The notes under the pieces: generated by a model | Told to the model about the DNA's origin: nothing | The model's input: only the letters and a program-made list of their open reading frames with translations | Databases searched by the model: none | Assembly (NCBI GenBank): GCA_964497805.1 | Contig: CAZCFB010000004.1 | Span: forward strand, 6,648-70,647 | From: an uncultured Kofleriaceae bacterium | GTDB taxonomy: Bacteria; Myxococcota_A; Polyangia; GCA-2747355; CAZCFB01 | Direction of reading: 5' to 3' | DNA length: 64,000 bases | Shown: positions 43,373-52,687 of the stretch, in pieces | How positions within the stretch are numbered: position 1 is the stretch's first letter | How the letters are laid out: each line of letters opens with the position of its first letter | Translations under genes and position numbers: made by a program

Positions 43373-45232
43373 CTACTTGGACAGGTAGGGCAGATCCAGC
43401 AGCAGGCGCAGGCGGCCCCAGCGGGTGTGCCCCATCTCTTCCCAGCGCCAGAAAACCGGGAGCAGGACCCGATCGCTGCGGGCGATGCTGTCCAGGAGCA
43501 TGACCACCCCCAGGCGGGAACCGGCAAGCTGGAGTTCGAGCACCGCGTGCCGTACAGCGCCCTTCTTGCGCGGAGTTGGCACGCGCCGGGCGAGCTTGAG
43601 CCGCAGCTGCTGCAGCCGCGCCACGTTGGTGAGCATGTCCAGCACCTCGGACAGCCCCTCGGAGGTGGGTAAGCGCCCCTCAGCCTTTTCGGCGCGGCCC
43701 TTGAGGGTTGCCACATCGGCCTCAACCTTGCTCGCGTCCAGGCGGAGCTTTCGAGCCAGGGTTGCGGCGTCTATCTTGCTCCCCCGGCGGCGGCCCGTGC
43801 GCGCGCGGCCGCCCTCGGGGTGGGCCACCGCCGCCGTGCCCGCCACCGCCCCTCCGCCGCCGACCTTGTTGGCGCGGATCTCTTCGAGCACATCGCACTG
43901 CGACAGGTACCTGAGCACGCGCTTGCGCAGACCGGAGGGTTTCCAGGGCGGACGGAGCTGCCAGCTGACCTGCCTTCCGTCAAAGGAGCGCAGGGCCGCC
44001 ATGGGCCCCCGCCCCTCGCTGGAGTAGGCGCGCGCCTCCTCGTCCAGGCGCTGCTCCCGGGCCACCACCTGCGGCACGATGGAGCCGTCCCGGTCAAAGG
44101 GCCAGGCTGGCTGGATGGAGCCGAAGAGGCAGCTGAAGAGCCCGTCAGAAACTCGCTGGTGGTATTGCAGGGCGCGCAGGGCGTGCAGGCCCCGCCGGAG
44201 CTGCCGCCGCTCCACCCAAAGATCCAGGGTGCGGGAGAGGGTGGCTCGCTCCCCCGGCTTCAGGCCCTTCACCGTGGTCAGGTCCCAGCCTTCGTCGCCG
44301 CGGGGGAATGGCGGTTTGGCCAGGGCCCCCTCCAGCCAGGGCCAACGCGGCAGCCGCACCGAGAGGTCCCGCTGGCGTTCCCGCACCAGCCACTGATTCA
44401 CCACCCTCGGCGCGGGCGCTCTGGGGGCGTGCCAGATCAGGGTGAGGCGGGCCCCGTCCTTGCCCACGGCCAGCCTGGCGCCGGTGAAACCGTCCGGCAG
44501 GCCGGCGCCCTCCGAGGTTATCCGCTCCACGGCCTTGGTCAGGTCCCCCTCCAGCTTCACGGTGAGGCCGGTGCGCTGGAAGAAGGACGACGGCTTGAGA
44601 TCAGCGATCTCCCACGCCGGCACGTTCTTGCCCTTGGGCGGCGTGGTGGGGGCGAGCACGCCCTTGGGGCAGGTCGCCTTCACCGCCGCGGCCAACTTCT
44701 TGCCCCGGGTCTGGGTCTGGGCCAGGTCGGTGGCGCGCTCTATGACCTTCACCCGCAGGACGGGATCGCTGCGCAGCACGAAGCGGAACCGCTTCCCCCG
44801 GGCCCGGCGGGCTTGATCCAGGCGCCAGCTTACGCCGGCGCCCGCCTCGTTCAGGCGCCCAAGGAAGGCCGCTACCTCCTGCAACCCGGCCGCCTCGCCG
44901 GAGATGCGGGGGCCCATGGGGCCCAGGGCAAAGGCCACGCGGGAGACGGCCGCGGCCTCGCCGCTGGAGGCGTCGGTCCAGCTGTCGGAGCCGGCGCTGG
45001 GCACCTGCCCCACGGCCGCACCCAGGGCCTCCAGGTGGGCCGACAGGTCGCTGGTGGAGCGCCGGGCCAGCTTGAGCCCCTTCTCCTGGATCACGCAGGC
45101 CATGATCCGGGCCCGATCCTTGCCAAGCCGTACCTTGCCGGGGCGGCGGGTCTGCCGCGCCGGGCCCGCGCACGCGGTGATAAATACCGCGGCCGCCAGC
45201 AGCAAAAGCTCCAGGCTCCTTCTCTCGCTCAT
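43373..45232 (-). CDS. Lipoprotein with a PilO/GspM-like C-terminal domain
   Basis: ATG 45232: MSERRSLELLLLAAAVFITACAG (lipobox). The C-terminal ~110 aa (coiled segment, then VRHAVLELQLAGSRLGVVMLLDSIARSDRVLLPVFWRWE...RLRLLLDLPY) resemble the ferredoxin-like PilO/GspM fold pattern. This is inference. Confidence 0.6.
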   Translation of the reverse strand: MSERRSLELLLLAAAVFITACAGPARQTRRPGKVRLGKDRARIMACVIQEKGLKLARRSTSDLSAHLEALGAAVGQVPSAGSDSWTDASSGEAAAVSRVAFALGPMGPRISGEAAGLQEVAAFLGRLNEAGAGVSWRLDQARRARGKRFRFVLRSDPVLRVKVIERATDLAQTQTRGKKLAAAVKATCPKGVLAPTTPPKGKNVPAWEIADLKPSSFFQRTGLTVKLEGDLTKAVERITSEGAGLPDGFTGARLAVGKDGARLTLIWHAPRAPAPRVVNQWLVRERQRDLSVRLPRWPWLEGALAKPPFPRGDEGWDLTTVKGLKPGERATLSRTLDLWVERRQLRRGLHALRALQYHQRVSDGLFSCLFGSIQPAWPFDRDGSIVPQVVAREQRLDEEARAYSSEGRGPMAALRSFDGRQVSWQLRPPWKPSGLRKRVLRYLSQCDVLEEIRANKVGGGGAVAGTAAVAHPEGGRARTGRRRGSKIDAATLARKLRLDASKVEADVATLKGRAEKAEGRLPTSEGLSEVLDMLTNVARLQQLRLKLARRVPTPRKKGAVRHAVLELQLAGSRLGVVMLLDSIARSDRVLLPVFWRWEEMGHTRWGRLRLLLDLPYLSK

Positions 45233-45272
45233 CACGCCGCTCCTCTGGTTCCTGGTTGGTGTCAGTCTAAAA

Positions 45273-45297
45273 CAGTCGGCAGTCGACAGTCGTCAGG
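45273..45297 (+). repeat. Three tandem CAGTCGN heptads, same family as 10751..10841
   Basis: CAGTCGG CAGTCGA CAGTCGT CAGG in the divergent intergenic region. Confidence 0.6.
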
Positions 45298-45362
45298 AAA
45301 AACAGCAATATCCCGAAAAGGGAGGGAACACGGGCACGACCAATGCCACACTAAGACCATTA

Positions 45363-46181
45363 ATGAAGCTCTTCGCTGCATCCGATCTCCACATCGACTT
45401 CTCTGCCAACCGCGAGAAGGTCGAGCAGATGGCCGCCCACCCGGACGACTGGCTGGTACTGGCCGGAGACCTAAGCCACAAGGTGCCAGACATGATCTGG
45501 GCGCTGGACCACCTCTCCGCGCGCTGGAAGGGGGTGTCGTGGGCGCCAGGCAACCATGATCTCTGGACGGCGAAGCATAACGGGAAGCGATACCGGGGCG
45601 TCGAGAAGTACGAGCTCCTGGTGGAGCTTTGCCGCGAGCGGGAGGTCCTCACGCCGGAGGATCCCTACCCGATCCTCGACCTGGGCGGCTCCGAGTACAT
45701 GCTCGCGCCAATGCTCACCCTGTACGACTATAGTTACCGGCCGGACAACATCCCCGAGGAGATGGCGGTGTTCTGGGCGCTCCAGAGCAACGTCATGTCC
45801 ACCGACGAGTATTACCTGCACCCTCACCCGTACCAGACCCGCGCCGCGTGGTGCGCGGACCGTTGCCGCGAGACCGAGGCGCGCCTCTCCGGGGCCCCCC
45901 GCGAGATTCCCCTGATCCTGGTGAGCCACTTCCCCCTGCGCGAGGATCTGATCCGGATCAAGATCCCTCGCTTCAATATCTGGTGCGGGACCCGCCGCAC
46001 CGAGCTGTGGCACACGCGCTTCAACGTGGCCATGGTCCTGGGCGGCCACCTCCACACGCCCGGCACCCGCATGAGGAACCAGGTGCCCTTCCACGAGGTT
46101 TCCCTGGGCTACCCCCGCCAGTGGAGCAAGCTCAAGAAGCTGGAGTTCCCGCGGGACGTGACGCCCCAGCCAAAGGAATAA
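45363..46181 (+). CDS. Calcineurin-like metallophosphoesterase
   Basis: Track ORF 44904..46181 trimmed to MKLFAASDLHIDF (DxH motif). Then LAGDL, GNHD, GGHLH. Confidence 0.8.
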   Translation: MKLFAASDLHIDFSANREKVEQMAAHPDDWLVLAGDLSHKVPDMIWALDHLSARWKGVSWAPGNHDLWTAKHNGKRYRGVEKYELLVELCREREVLTPEDPYPILDLGGSEYMLAPMLTLYDYSYRPDNIPEEMAVFWALQSNVMSTDEYYLHPHPYQTRAAWCADRCRETEARLSGAPREIPLILVSHFPLREDLIRIKIPRFNIWCGTRRTELWHTRFNVAMVLGGHLHTPGTRMRNQVPFHEVSLGYPRQWSKLKKLEFPRDVTPQPKE

Positions 46182-46225
46182 TCCCCGCCATTGACCCCGC
46201 TGTGCGGTCGCGTCATTTTCTGTAG

Positions 46226-48214
46226 ATGTCCAGATCCACAGTGCCGAGCGAGCGGGCGCGTGCCCAGCACAGCGCGTGGCAACAGTATGTAGCGGACCTC
46301 CAGCGCATGGAGCAGCCGCCGCCCTTCCAGCATCAGCTCGCCGCGTTCCGCAAGATCTACGCTGGCCGGGACGGGCGGGACGGCCCGCCGCCCGCCTGGT
46401 TCCCAGGAGATCGCGAGGACCGGGGCGCCAACCTGTCCGCCTTCATGCGAGAGACCGGCCACGAGGACTACCTTGCCCTGCACAGCTGGTCCGTGGAAGA
46501 CCGGCCGGCGTTTTGGGAGCACGTGATCCGGCGCCTCGGCATTCCCATGGAGATGGGGCCGGATGGCGTCCTCGACGCCTCGGGCGGGGCGGAGCGGCCG
46601 CGCTGGCTGCCGGGCGCCACCCTCAATATCGTCGACGCCTGCTTCCGCCAGCTGCCGGAGACGGTGGCCCTGATCCAGGGGCGCGAGGGGAGCGACCAGC
46701 TGGAGCAGCTCACCTACGGGGAGCTCGACGAACTCTCCCTGCGCTTCGCCGGGGGGTTGGAGCGCGCCGGCCTCAAGGAGGGGGACGGCGTCGCGCTTTA
46801 CATGCCCATGAACCTGGAGTGCGTGGCCGCCTACCTGGGCACCGTGCGCGCCGGGCTGCGGGTGGTCTCCATCCCGGACAGCTTCCCGGCGCCGGAGGTG
46901 TACCGCCGCGTGGAGCTGGGCGGCGCCAGGGCCATCGTCACGGTGGCCGCGTTCAGGCGGGGCGAGCGCACCTTCCGCCTCTACGATCGGGTCATCGAGG
47001 CAGACGGGCCCGCGGCGGTGGTCCTGCCCGGACCTGACGGCGAGGGCTCCGCGCTTCGCCCCGGGGACGCCATGTGGGACGACTTCCTCGGCAAGCCGGG
47101 GAGTGGGCGGGATCGCGCCGGGCACTCGTACCGGGTGACCAACGTGCTCTTCTCATCGGGCACCACCAGCACGCCCAAGGCGATCCCCTGGACCCAGCTC
47201 ACCCCGATCAAGTGCGCCATGGACGGGCACATGCACCAGGACATCCGGCCCGGGGACGTGGTGGCCTGGCCCACCAACATCGGCTGGATGATGGGCCCCT
47301 GGCTGGTCTATGCCTCGTTGATCAACGGCGGCACCATGGCCCTGTACGAGGGGGCGCCCACCACGCCGGGGTTCGCACGCTTCGTGGAGCAGGCCGAGGT
47401 GTCCATGCTCGGGGTGGTGCCGTCGCTGGTGCGGGCGTGGCGCGCGTCGGGCGCCATGGAGGGCGTGGACTGGCGCTGCGTGCGCGCCTTCAGCAGCACA
47501 GGCGAGCCATCAAGCCAGGAGGACTACCTCTGGCTCATGAGCCTTGCCCGGTACCAGGCGCCGGTCATCGAGTATTGCGGCGGCACCGAGATCGGGGGGG
47601 GACACCTCACTGGCACGGTGCTCCAACCGGCCTCCCCGGCGACCTTCACCACGCCGGCCCTGGGCCTCGACTTCCGGCTCATCCGCGACGGCGGCAGGGA
47701 GGCTGGCGTGGGGCAGATGGGGGAGCTCTTCCTCGTTCCTCCCTCCCTGGGCTTGTCCCAGACCCTGCTCAACAAGGACCACCACCAGGTCTATTTCGAG
47801 AACTGCCCCCCCGGCCGCGGGGGCGAGGTGCTGCGCCGCCACGGCGACCAGGTGATGCGCCTGGCCGGCGGCTACTTCAAGGCCCACGGGCGGGCGGACG
47901 ACGCCATGAACCTGGGCGGGATCAAGGTGGGCTCGCCGGAGATCGAGCGCGTGCTTGACCGGCACCCCGCGGTGTACGAGAGCGCGGCCGTGGCCATCCC
48001 TCCCGGGGGGGGCGGCGCCGACCGGCTGGTGGTGTTCGCCGTGCCGCGAAAGGCCATGAACAGGGCTGCCCTCGGTCAGGAGCTGAGCCGCATGCTGGCC
48101 AAGGAGCTGAACCCCCTGTTCAAGCTCCACGACCTGGTGCTGGTCAAGGAGCTGCCGAGGACCGCGAGCAACAAGCTCATGCGGCGGGAGCTGCGGGCGA
48201 AGTACCGGGGCTAA
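46226..48214 (+). CDS. AMP-dependent synthetase/ligase (acetyl-CoA-synthetase-like)
   Basis: ACAS_N-like N-terminus, AMP motif LFSSGTTSTPKAI, YCGGTEIGG, RHGD, LPRTASNKLMRR. Confidence 0.85.
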   Translation: MSRSTVPSERARAQHSAWQQYVADLQRMEQPPPFQHQLAAFRKIYAGRDGRDGPPPAWFPGDREDRGANLSAFMRETGHEDYLALHSWSVEDRPAFWEHVIRRLGIPMEMGPDGVLDASGGAERPRWLPGATLNIVDACFRQLPETVALIQGREGSDQLEQLTYGELDELSLRFAGGLERAGLKEGDGVALYMPMNLECVAAYLGTVRAGLRVVSIPDSFPAPEVYRRVELGGARAIVTVAAFRRGERTFRLYDRVIEADGPAAVVLPGPDGEGSALRPGDAMWDDFLGKPGSGRDRAGHSYRVTNVLFSSGTTSTPKAIPWTQLTPIKCAMDGHMHQDIRPGDVVAWPTNIGWMMGPWLVYASLINGGTMALYEGAPTTPGFARFVEQAEVSMLGVVPSLVRAWRASGAMEGVDWRCVRAFSSTGEPSSQEDYLWLMSLARYQAPVIEYCGGTEIGGGHLTGTVLQPASPATFTTPALGLDFRLIRDGGREAGVGQMGELFLVPPSLGLSQTLLNKDHHQVYFENCPPGRGGEVLRRHGDQVMRLAGGYFKAHGRADDAMNLGGIKVGSPEIERVLDRHPAVYESAAVAIPPGGGGADRLVVFAVPRKAMNRAALGQELSRMLAKELNPLFKLHDLVLVKELPRTASNKLMRRELRAKYRG

Positions 48215-50568
48215 GGCGGCGGCGTGGGCAGGAGGCCTGAAGCAACCAGCATGTCTGCGACGGACCGGGCCAGGACCTCGTAGCCGGCAGCGGTCTGGTG
48301 CATCTCATCCATGAAGAGGCGGCGCACCATGGCCGGGGTGTACTTCTCGTGCACCGAGAGGAAGTGCACCCCGTCTGCCTGGTGCTTTAGGGCGTACGCC
48401 TTGAACATCTCGGTGTAATGCCAGGTCCGCTTGCGGATCCCGCCCGCGTTTGGATTCTCCGGCGTCAGGATCGCCGTGCGCAGCACCTCGGGGATGAGCA
48501 GGAGCGGGATCAGCTGGCGCGTGCAGGTTTCGGCCAGCTCCTGGAGGGTCTCGGGGATCAGCACCGAGAGTTCGTCGGGCTCATCGGCGCGCTCAGTCCT
48601 CTCCTTCCGGCCCCTGGCGATGATGATCAGGGACCTGGCGGCCATGAAGAGCCGCGACCGGGTTAGCTTCAGGAAGAGGTCGATGTTCCTCTGCGAGGGG
48701 GTGGGCAGCATGGTGGCGGCCCACAGCTCCTCCGGGGTGGTGACATGGGGCGCCCGGTCCAGGAGCTGGCGCAGGCCCAGGAAGTAGCGGCGGGCCACGA
48801 GGCTGTCCATGTTGGCCCCATAGTAGAGCAGGACCAGGTCGGGTTTCAGGTAGATGAGGACCTCCTCCAGGTAGATGCGCAGCTGAGACAGGGTGGACCC
48901 GGAGACGCCCGCCTTGATCACCTGGACGTTGGTCAGCCCCCTGGCGTGGAGCATGGCCTGAAGCTGGGCCGGGTAACTCTCGGCCTCAGGATCCGCGGCG
49001 CCGATGCCGTTGGTTGAGGAGGACCCGAGGCAGACGATGCGGAAGGTCTCGGGGGCCTTCCGGGTATCGAATAAGCGCTCACCCACCTTGATCATCACGG
49101 CGCGCTTGAGCCTGCCCAGCGGATCGCCGTGGTCGTTGTCCACCAGGTTGTACAGGTGTTGGCGCTCCTCGGCCTCGATGTGCTTGAAGACCCCGGGCAC
49201 CCCGCGCAGGCCCATCTCGAGGCAGAAGATCAGGGTGGCGGTGATCCCGAGCACCACGAGGATCCGCACCGGGAGGCCGCCGCGCACCTTGCCCCTGAGG
49301 GTGTGCACGGTGACGCCCACCAGCAGGGAAACCCCGGTGAGGCCGAGATAGAGGATCACCGCCAGCTTTCCACTGAAGCTGATCAGGAGCAGCCCCCCCG
49401 CTGCCTGGGCCAGGAAGAGCAGCAGCGCCCGGGAAGGTAGGGCCCGCCCCAGCAGCGCGGCCGCCAACGCTCCGAGCAACGGCGCCAGGGCCAGAAGCAA
49501 GGATCCCCTGGCCAGCAGCGCCACCGCCGCCGCGTACAAGCCGAGGCCCACCAGGAGCGCCGGCAGGTCTCTGCCCACCATGGCAGGGCGCTGCTTGCCG
49601 TCGGTGAGGCCATGCCCGATCAGGACCAGGTAGCGCACCAGCAGGGTAACCGCCAGGCAGCCCCCGACGGCAGCGTATGGCAGGCGCGCCGTGGCCCGGA
49701 GCGCCATCAGGACCAGCACCTGGGTGGGCCAGGTCAGGGTCAGGAAGCCTGCTCGCCCCAGGCTTGTGAACGAGCCGAGGCGGGTCCACCGGCGGAGCCC
49801 GAGCAGGAGCATGTCCAGCAGCAGGGCCGCCAGCATGAGCGCGGCGAAGGCGGCCACGCGGGCACGGGGCTGGCCAAGCCTCTTCTGCAGCAGCAGCCCC
49901 AGGTCCCGGATCACCGGGGGATGGCCGAAGCTGCGCCGGAGCAGGGAGCTCGCCTGGCCGTCCGGACCCAGGCGCCATATGGCCAGGTCGTCCAGGAGCA
50001 GCACGGACCGATCGCTCAGGGCCTTGACCTCCAGGTCTGGGCGCCACCCGCCGCCAGGCAGCCGCGCCTGCGCCTTGCGTCCGTTGAGCTGGTAGGCCAG
50101 GGCCCGGGGCTGCAGCGTGGTCACCAGGCGGAGGTACGGGGCCTCCCGGGCCGCCTCCATGAGCGACCTGGCATCCTGTATGACTGTTGCCTCGTGGGCC
50201 TTCTCAAGGAAGACGCCGTCCCTGGACGGGCCCGAGCTTGAGAACTGCACATAGATCCGCTCCCCCTGCCGCCGGGCGAGGTAGACGCGGAGGGCCACCC
50301 CGATGTGCACCCGCAGGCCCAGGGAGGTGCTGACCGCCCCTGGCTCCAGAGCGCTGGCCAGGGTGAGCCCGGAGCCCCCGGGGGGGAGCAGCATGAGGCT
50401 GCCGTCGAACCGCGCCCCCTTGACCTTGAGGCCCGGGTACGCGTCCTGCGCCACGGGCGAGGACATGGTCTCCGCGTCGACATTCGGCATCTTCACAAGC
50501 AGGAGCGCCCCGCCGGGGATCGCCGCCAACAAGAGGAGCGGCAAGTGAAGACGCCAGAAGATCCGCAT
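48211..50568 (-). CDS. Polytopic membrane protein with C-terminal SGNH/GDSL-like hydrolase domain
   Basis: About 8 hydrophobic segments in the middle. C-terminal FRIVCLGSSSTNGIG (block I GDS-like), LVLLYYGANMD. Its stop overlaps the stop of the AMP-ligase gene (CTAA). Confidence 0.7.
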   Translation of the reverse strand: MRIFWRLHLPLLLLAAIPGGALLLVKMPNVDAETMSSPVAQDAYPGLKVKGARFDGSLMLLPPGGSGLTLASALEPGAVSTSLGLRVHIGVALRVYLARRQGERIYVQFSSSGPSRDGVFLEKAHEATVIQDARSLMEAAREAPYLRLVTTLQPRALAYQLNGRKAQARLPGGGWRPDLEVKALSDRSVLLLDDLAIWRLGPDGQASSLLRRSFGHPPVIRDLGLLLQKRLGQPRARVAAFAALMLAALLLDMLLLGLRRWTRLGSFTSLGRAGFLTLTWPTQVLVLMALRATARLPYAAVGGCLAVTLLVRYLVLIGHGLTDGKQRPAMVGRDLPALLVGLGLYAAAVALLARGSLLLALAPLLGALAAALLGRALPSRALLLFLAQAAGGLLLISFSGKLAVILYLGLTGVSLLVGVTVHTLRGKVRGGLPVRILVVLGITATLIFCLEMGLRGVPGVFKHIEAEERQHLYNLVDNDHGDPLGRLKRAVMIKVGERLFDTRKAPETFRIVCLGSSSTNGIGAADPEAESYPAQLQAMLHARGLTNVQVIKAGVSGSTLSQLRIYLEEVLIYLKPDLVLLYYGANMDSLVARRYFLGLRQLLDRAPHVTTPEELWAATMLPTPSQRNIDLFLKLTRSRLFMAARSLIIIARGRKERTERADEPDELSVLIPETLQELAETCTRQLIPLLLIPEVLRTAILTPENPNAGGIRKRTWHYTEMFKAYALKHQADGVHFLSVHEKYTPAMVRRLFMDEMHQTAAGYEVLARSVADMLVASGLLPTPPP

Positions 50569-50585
50569 CTGTGCAGTCTATACGT

Positions 50586-51755
50586 TCACTGCCGCTCTGG
50601 GCACGCCGCCGCGCCGTGGTACATGGTGGCCATGCACAGGTTGCACGGCTCGCAAGTGGAGGTGGTGACCTCCCCCCGCCGCAGCTTGTTGACGAACTCG
50701 GGATCGCGGAAGGTGGGGCGGGCCATGGCGACGCCGTCGATGCCGCGGGCCAGCGCGTCCTCCATGACATCCAGGGAGCGCATGCCGCCCACCACGATGA
50801 GGGGCATCTTCACCGCCTTGCGCAGCTCCAGGGCGTCGTCCAGGAAGTACGCCTCGGTGAAGGGGTAGGCCTTGACCACCATCTTGCCGAACATGAGCAG
50901 GCCCACCTTGCGCCCCAGGCCCGGCTGATCCGCGGCGATCTCCTTGACCGGCACATCGCCCCGCATGAGGTACATGGGGCACTTGCTCACGAAGCCGCCG
51001 CTGGTCTCCAGGGCGTCGGCCCCCTCCCCCTCCAGCATGCGGCACACCTCCCTGGATTCATCCAGGTCCATTCCCCCGGCGAAGCCGTCGCGGGTGTTGA
51101 TCTTCACCAGCAGCGCCAGGTCGTCGCCGGCCTCGGCGCGCACCGCCCGCACCACCCGCCGCAGCAGCCGGGCGCGGTTCTCCAGGGAGCCGCCGAAGTC
51201 GTCTGTGCGCCGGTTGGTGGGCGGCGAGAGGAACTGGCTCAGCAGGTAGCCGTGGCCGCCCTGCACCTCCACCGCGTCGAAGCCGGCCTCCCGGGCCATG
51301 CGGGTGCTCTGCACGAAGCCCTCCACCAGGGCATCGAGATCCTCCTCGGACATGGCCTTGGGGCGGGTGAGGCCGAACAGGGAGAACACCGCGGACGGGG
51401 CCCAGGCGCGCTGGCCGGTGACCGACTTGTCCGCCATGTTCCCGCCGTGACCGAGCTGGATGGAGGCGGCCGCGCCTCCGGCGTGCACCCTGTCGGTGAG
51501 CTCCCTGAGCCCGGGCACAATCTCCGGGCGCATCCAGAGCTGGTGCTCGAAGGTGCGGCCATGGTCCAGCACCGAAGCGTAAGCCACGGTGGTCATGGCC
51601 ACGCCGCCCGCCGCCACCTCCGCGTGGTGCTCGATGAGCTGCTCGCTGGGCGCGCCCCCGGGGGACATGCCCTCAAAGGCCGCGGCGCGGATCACGCGGT
51701 TGCGCAGGGTGAGGGGGCCGAGGGTGAGCGGGGTGAACAGCCTGGGTTGGGACAT
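50586..51755 (-). CDS. NADH:flavin oxidoreductase (Old Yellow Enzyme family)
   Basis: Trimmed to MSQPRLFTPLTLGPLTLRNRVIRAA. GFDAVEVQGGHGYLLSQFLSP.TNRRTDDFGGSLENRARLL. Confidence 0.85.
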   Translation of the reverse strand: MSQPRLFTPLTLGPLTLRNRVIRAAAFEGMSPGGAPSEQLIEHHAEVAAGGVAMTTVAYASVLDHGRTFEHQLWMRPEIVPGLRELTDRVHAGGAAASIQLGHGGNMADKSVTGQRAWAPSAVFSLFGLTRPKAMSEEDLDALVEGFVQSTRMAREAGFDAVEVQGGHGYLLSQFLSPPTNRRTDDFGGSLENRARLLRRVVRAVRAEAGDDLALLVKINTRDGFAGGMDLDESREVCRMLEGEGADALETSGGFVSKCPMYLMRGDVPVKEIAADQPGLGRKVGLLMFGKMVVKAYPFTEAYFLDDALELRKAVKMPLIVVGGMRSLDVMEDALARGIDGVAMARPTFRDPEFVNKLRRGEVTTSTCEPCNLCMATMYHGAAACPERQ

Positions 51756-51771
51756 GTGGGTTCCTGGGGGT

Positions 51772-52602
51772 TCAGCGCTTCCGTGAGGCAAAGTTGCGTA
51801 GGCGGCCGGTTACCGAGCGGGCCGCGGAGTCGAACCACCCGCCCGAGGCGCGCTTGATCAGCCAGAGCGGGAGCGCCTCGGAGGAGGGGAGGATCAGGCT
51901 CTTGCGGCGGCGCACCGCGCGCAGGATCTCGCGGGCCACCCGCTCGGGCCTGGCCGCGAACCGCTCCACGGCCCGGCGGATGCCGGTCTCGCTCCCCCCG
52001 GGCAGGGTCAGGTCCCCGTCGCGCATGAGGTTGGTGCTCACCGCCCCGGGGCAGACCGCGGTGACCCACACCCCCCGCCCAGCGAGCTCCAGAGAGAGGG
52101 ACTCGGCCAGGCCCACCAGGGCGAACTTGGTGGCCGTGTAGGCGCTGGTGTAGGGGAAGCCCACCAGCCCGGCCAGGGAGGCGACGATGACGATGTGAGC
52201 GTCCGCCTCCGAGTCCGCGGCCAACATCGCGGGCAGGAAAGCCCGCAGCCCGTGAACGGCGCTCCAGAGGTTGGCGTCCATGACCCGGCGCCACTGCTCC
52301 AGGCTCGTCTCCTCGAAGGCGCCGGCGATGATGATGCCCACGCCGAGCTGCAGCAGGTCCACCCTGCCAATCTCGGCGGCCAGGGCCTCCATCACGTCGG
52401 GATCCGTGCAGTCAGCCGGGTGCACGCCGGCCACCTGGCCCCCGGCCGCGGTGATGCTGCGCGCCACCTGCTCCAGGCGCCCGCCGTCGATGTCGGCCAG
52501 GTGCACCCTTGCGCCCTCCGCGGCGTAGGCTTCGGCCGAGGCCCGGCCGATGCCCGAGCCGGCTGCGGTGACGAGGATGGTTCGATTCTTGAAGGACTTC
52601 AT
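51772..52602 (-). CDS. Short-chain dehydrogenase/reductase (SDR)
   Basis: ILVTAAGSGIGRA (TGxxxGxG variant), IVASLAG, YTATKFAL (YxxxK). Confidence 0.85.
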   Translation of the reverse strand: MKSFKNRTILVTAAGSGIGRASAEAYAAEGARVHLADIDGGRLEQVARSITAAGGQVAGVHPADCTDPDVMEALAAEIGRVDLLQLGVGIIIAGAFEETSLEQWRRVMDANLWSAVHGLRAFLPAMLAADSEADAHIVIVASLAGLVGFPYTSAYTATKFALVGLAESLSLELAGRGVWVTAVCPGAVSTNLMRDGDLTLPGGSETGIRRAVERFAARPERVAREILRAVRRRKSLILPSSEALPLWLIKRASGGWFDSAARSVTGRLRNFASRKR

Positions 52603-52617
52603 GGGGGTGATTCTAAA

Positions 52618-52675
52618 GGGTCGAGGGGGGGAGGGAAAGGAGGGCGAGGGCCGGGGCCGGGGCCGGGGCCGGGGG
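52618..52675 (+). repeat. G-rich tract ending in (GGCCGG)n, immediately upstream of the SDR start
   Basis: GGG..GGGGGGG.GGG...GG.GGG..GGG CCGGGG CCGGGG CCGGGG CCGGGGG. The same string GGCCGGGGCCGGGGCCGGGGCC recurs at about 58975-58996. Confidence 0.85.
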
Positions 52676-52687
52676 ACCGCGGCGGCG

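Noticed and set aside
43229-43725. ORFs reading through the (GGGAGC)n array as poly-RE, poly-GA or poly-RS peptides
   Set aside because: The repeat lies after the stop of the 43373..45232 gene and before the kinase start. The three frames give only low-complexity dipeptide runs with no coding bias outside the repeat.
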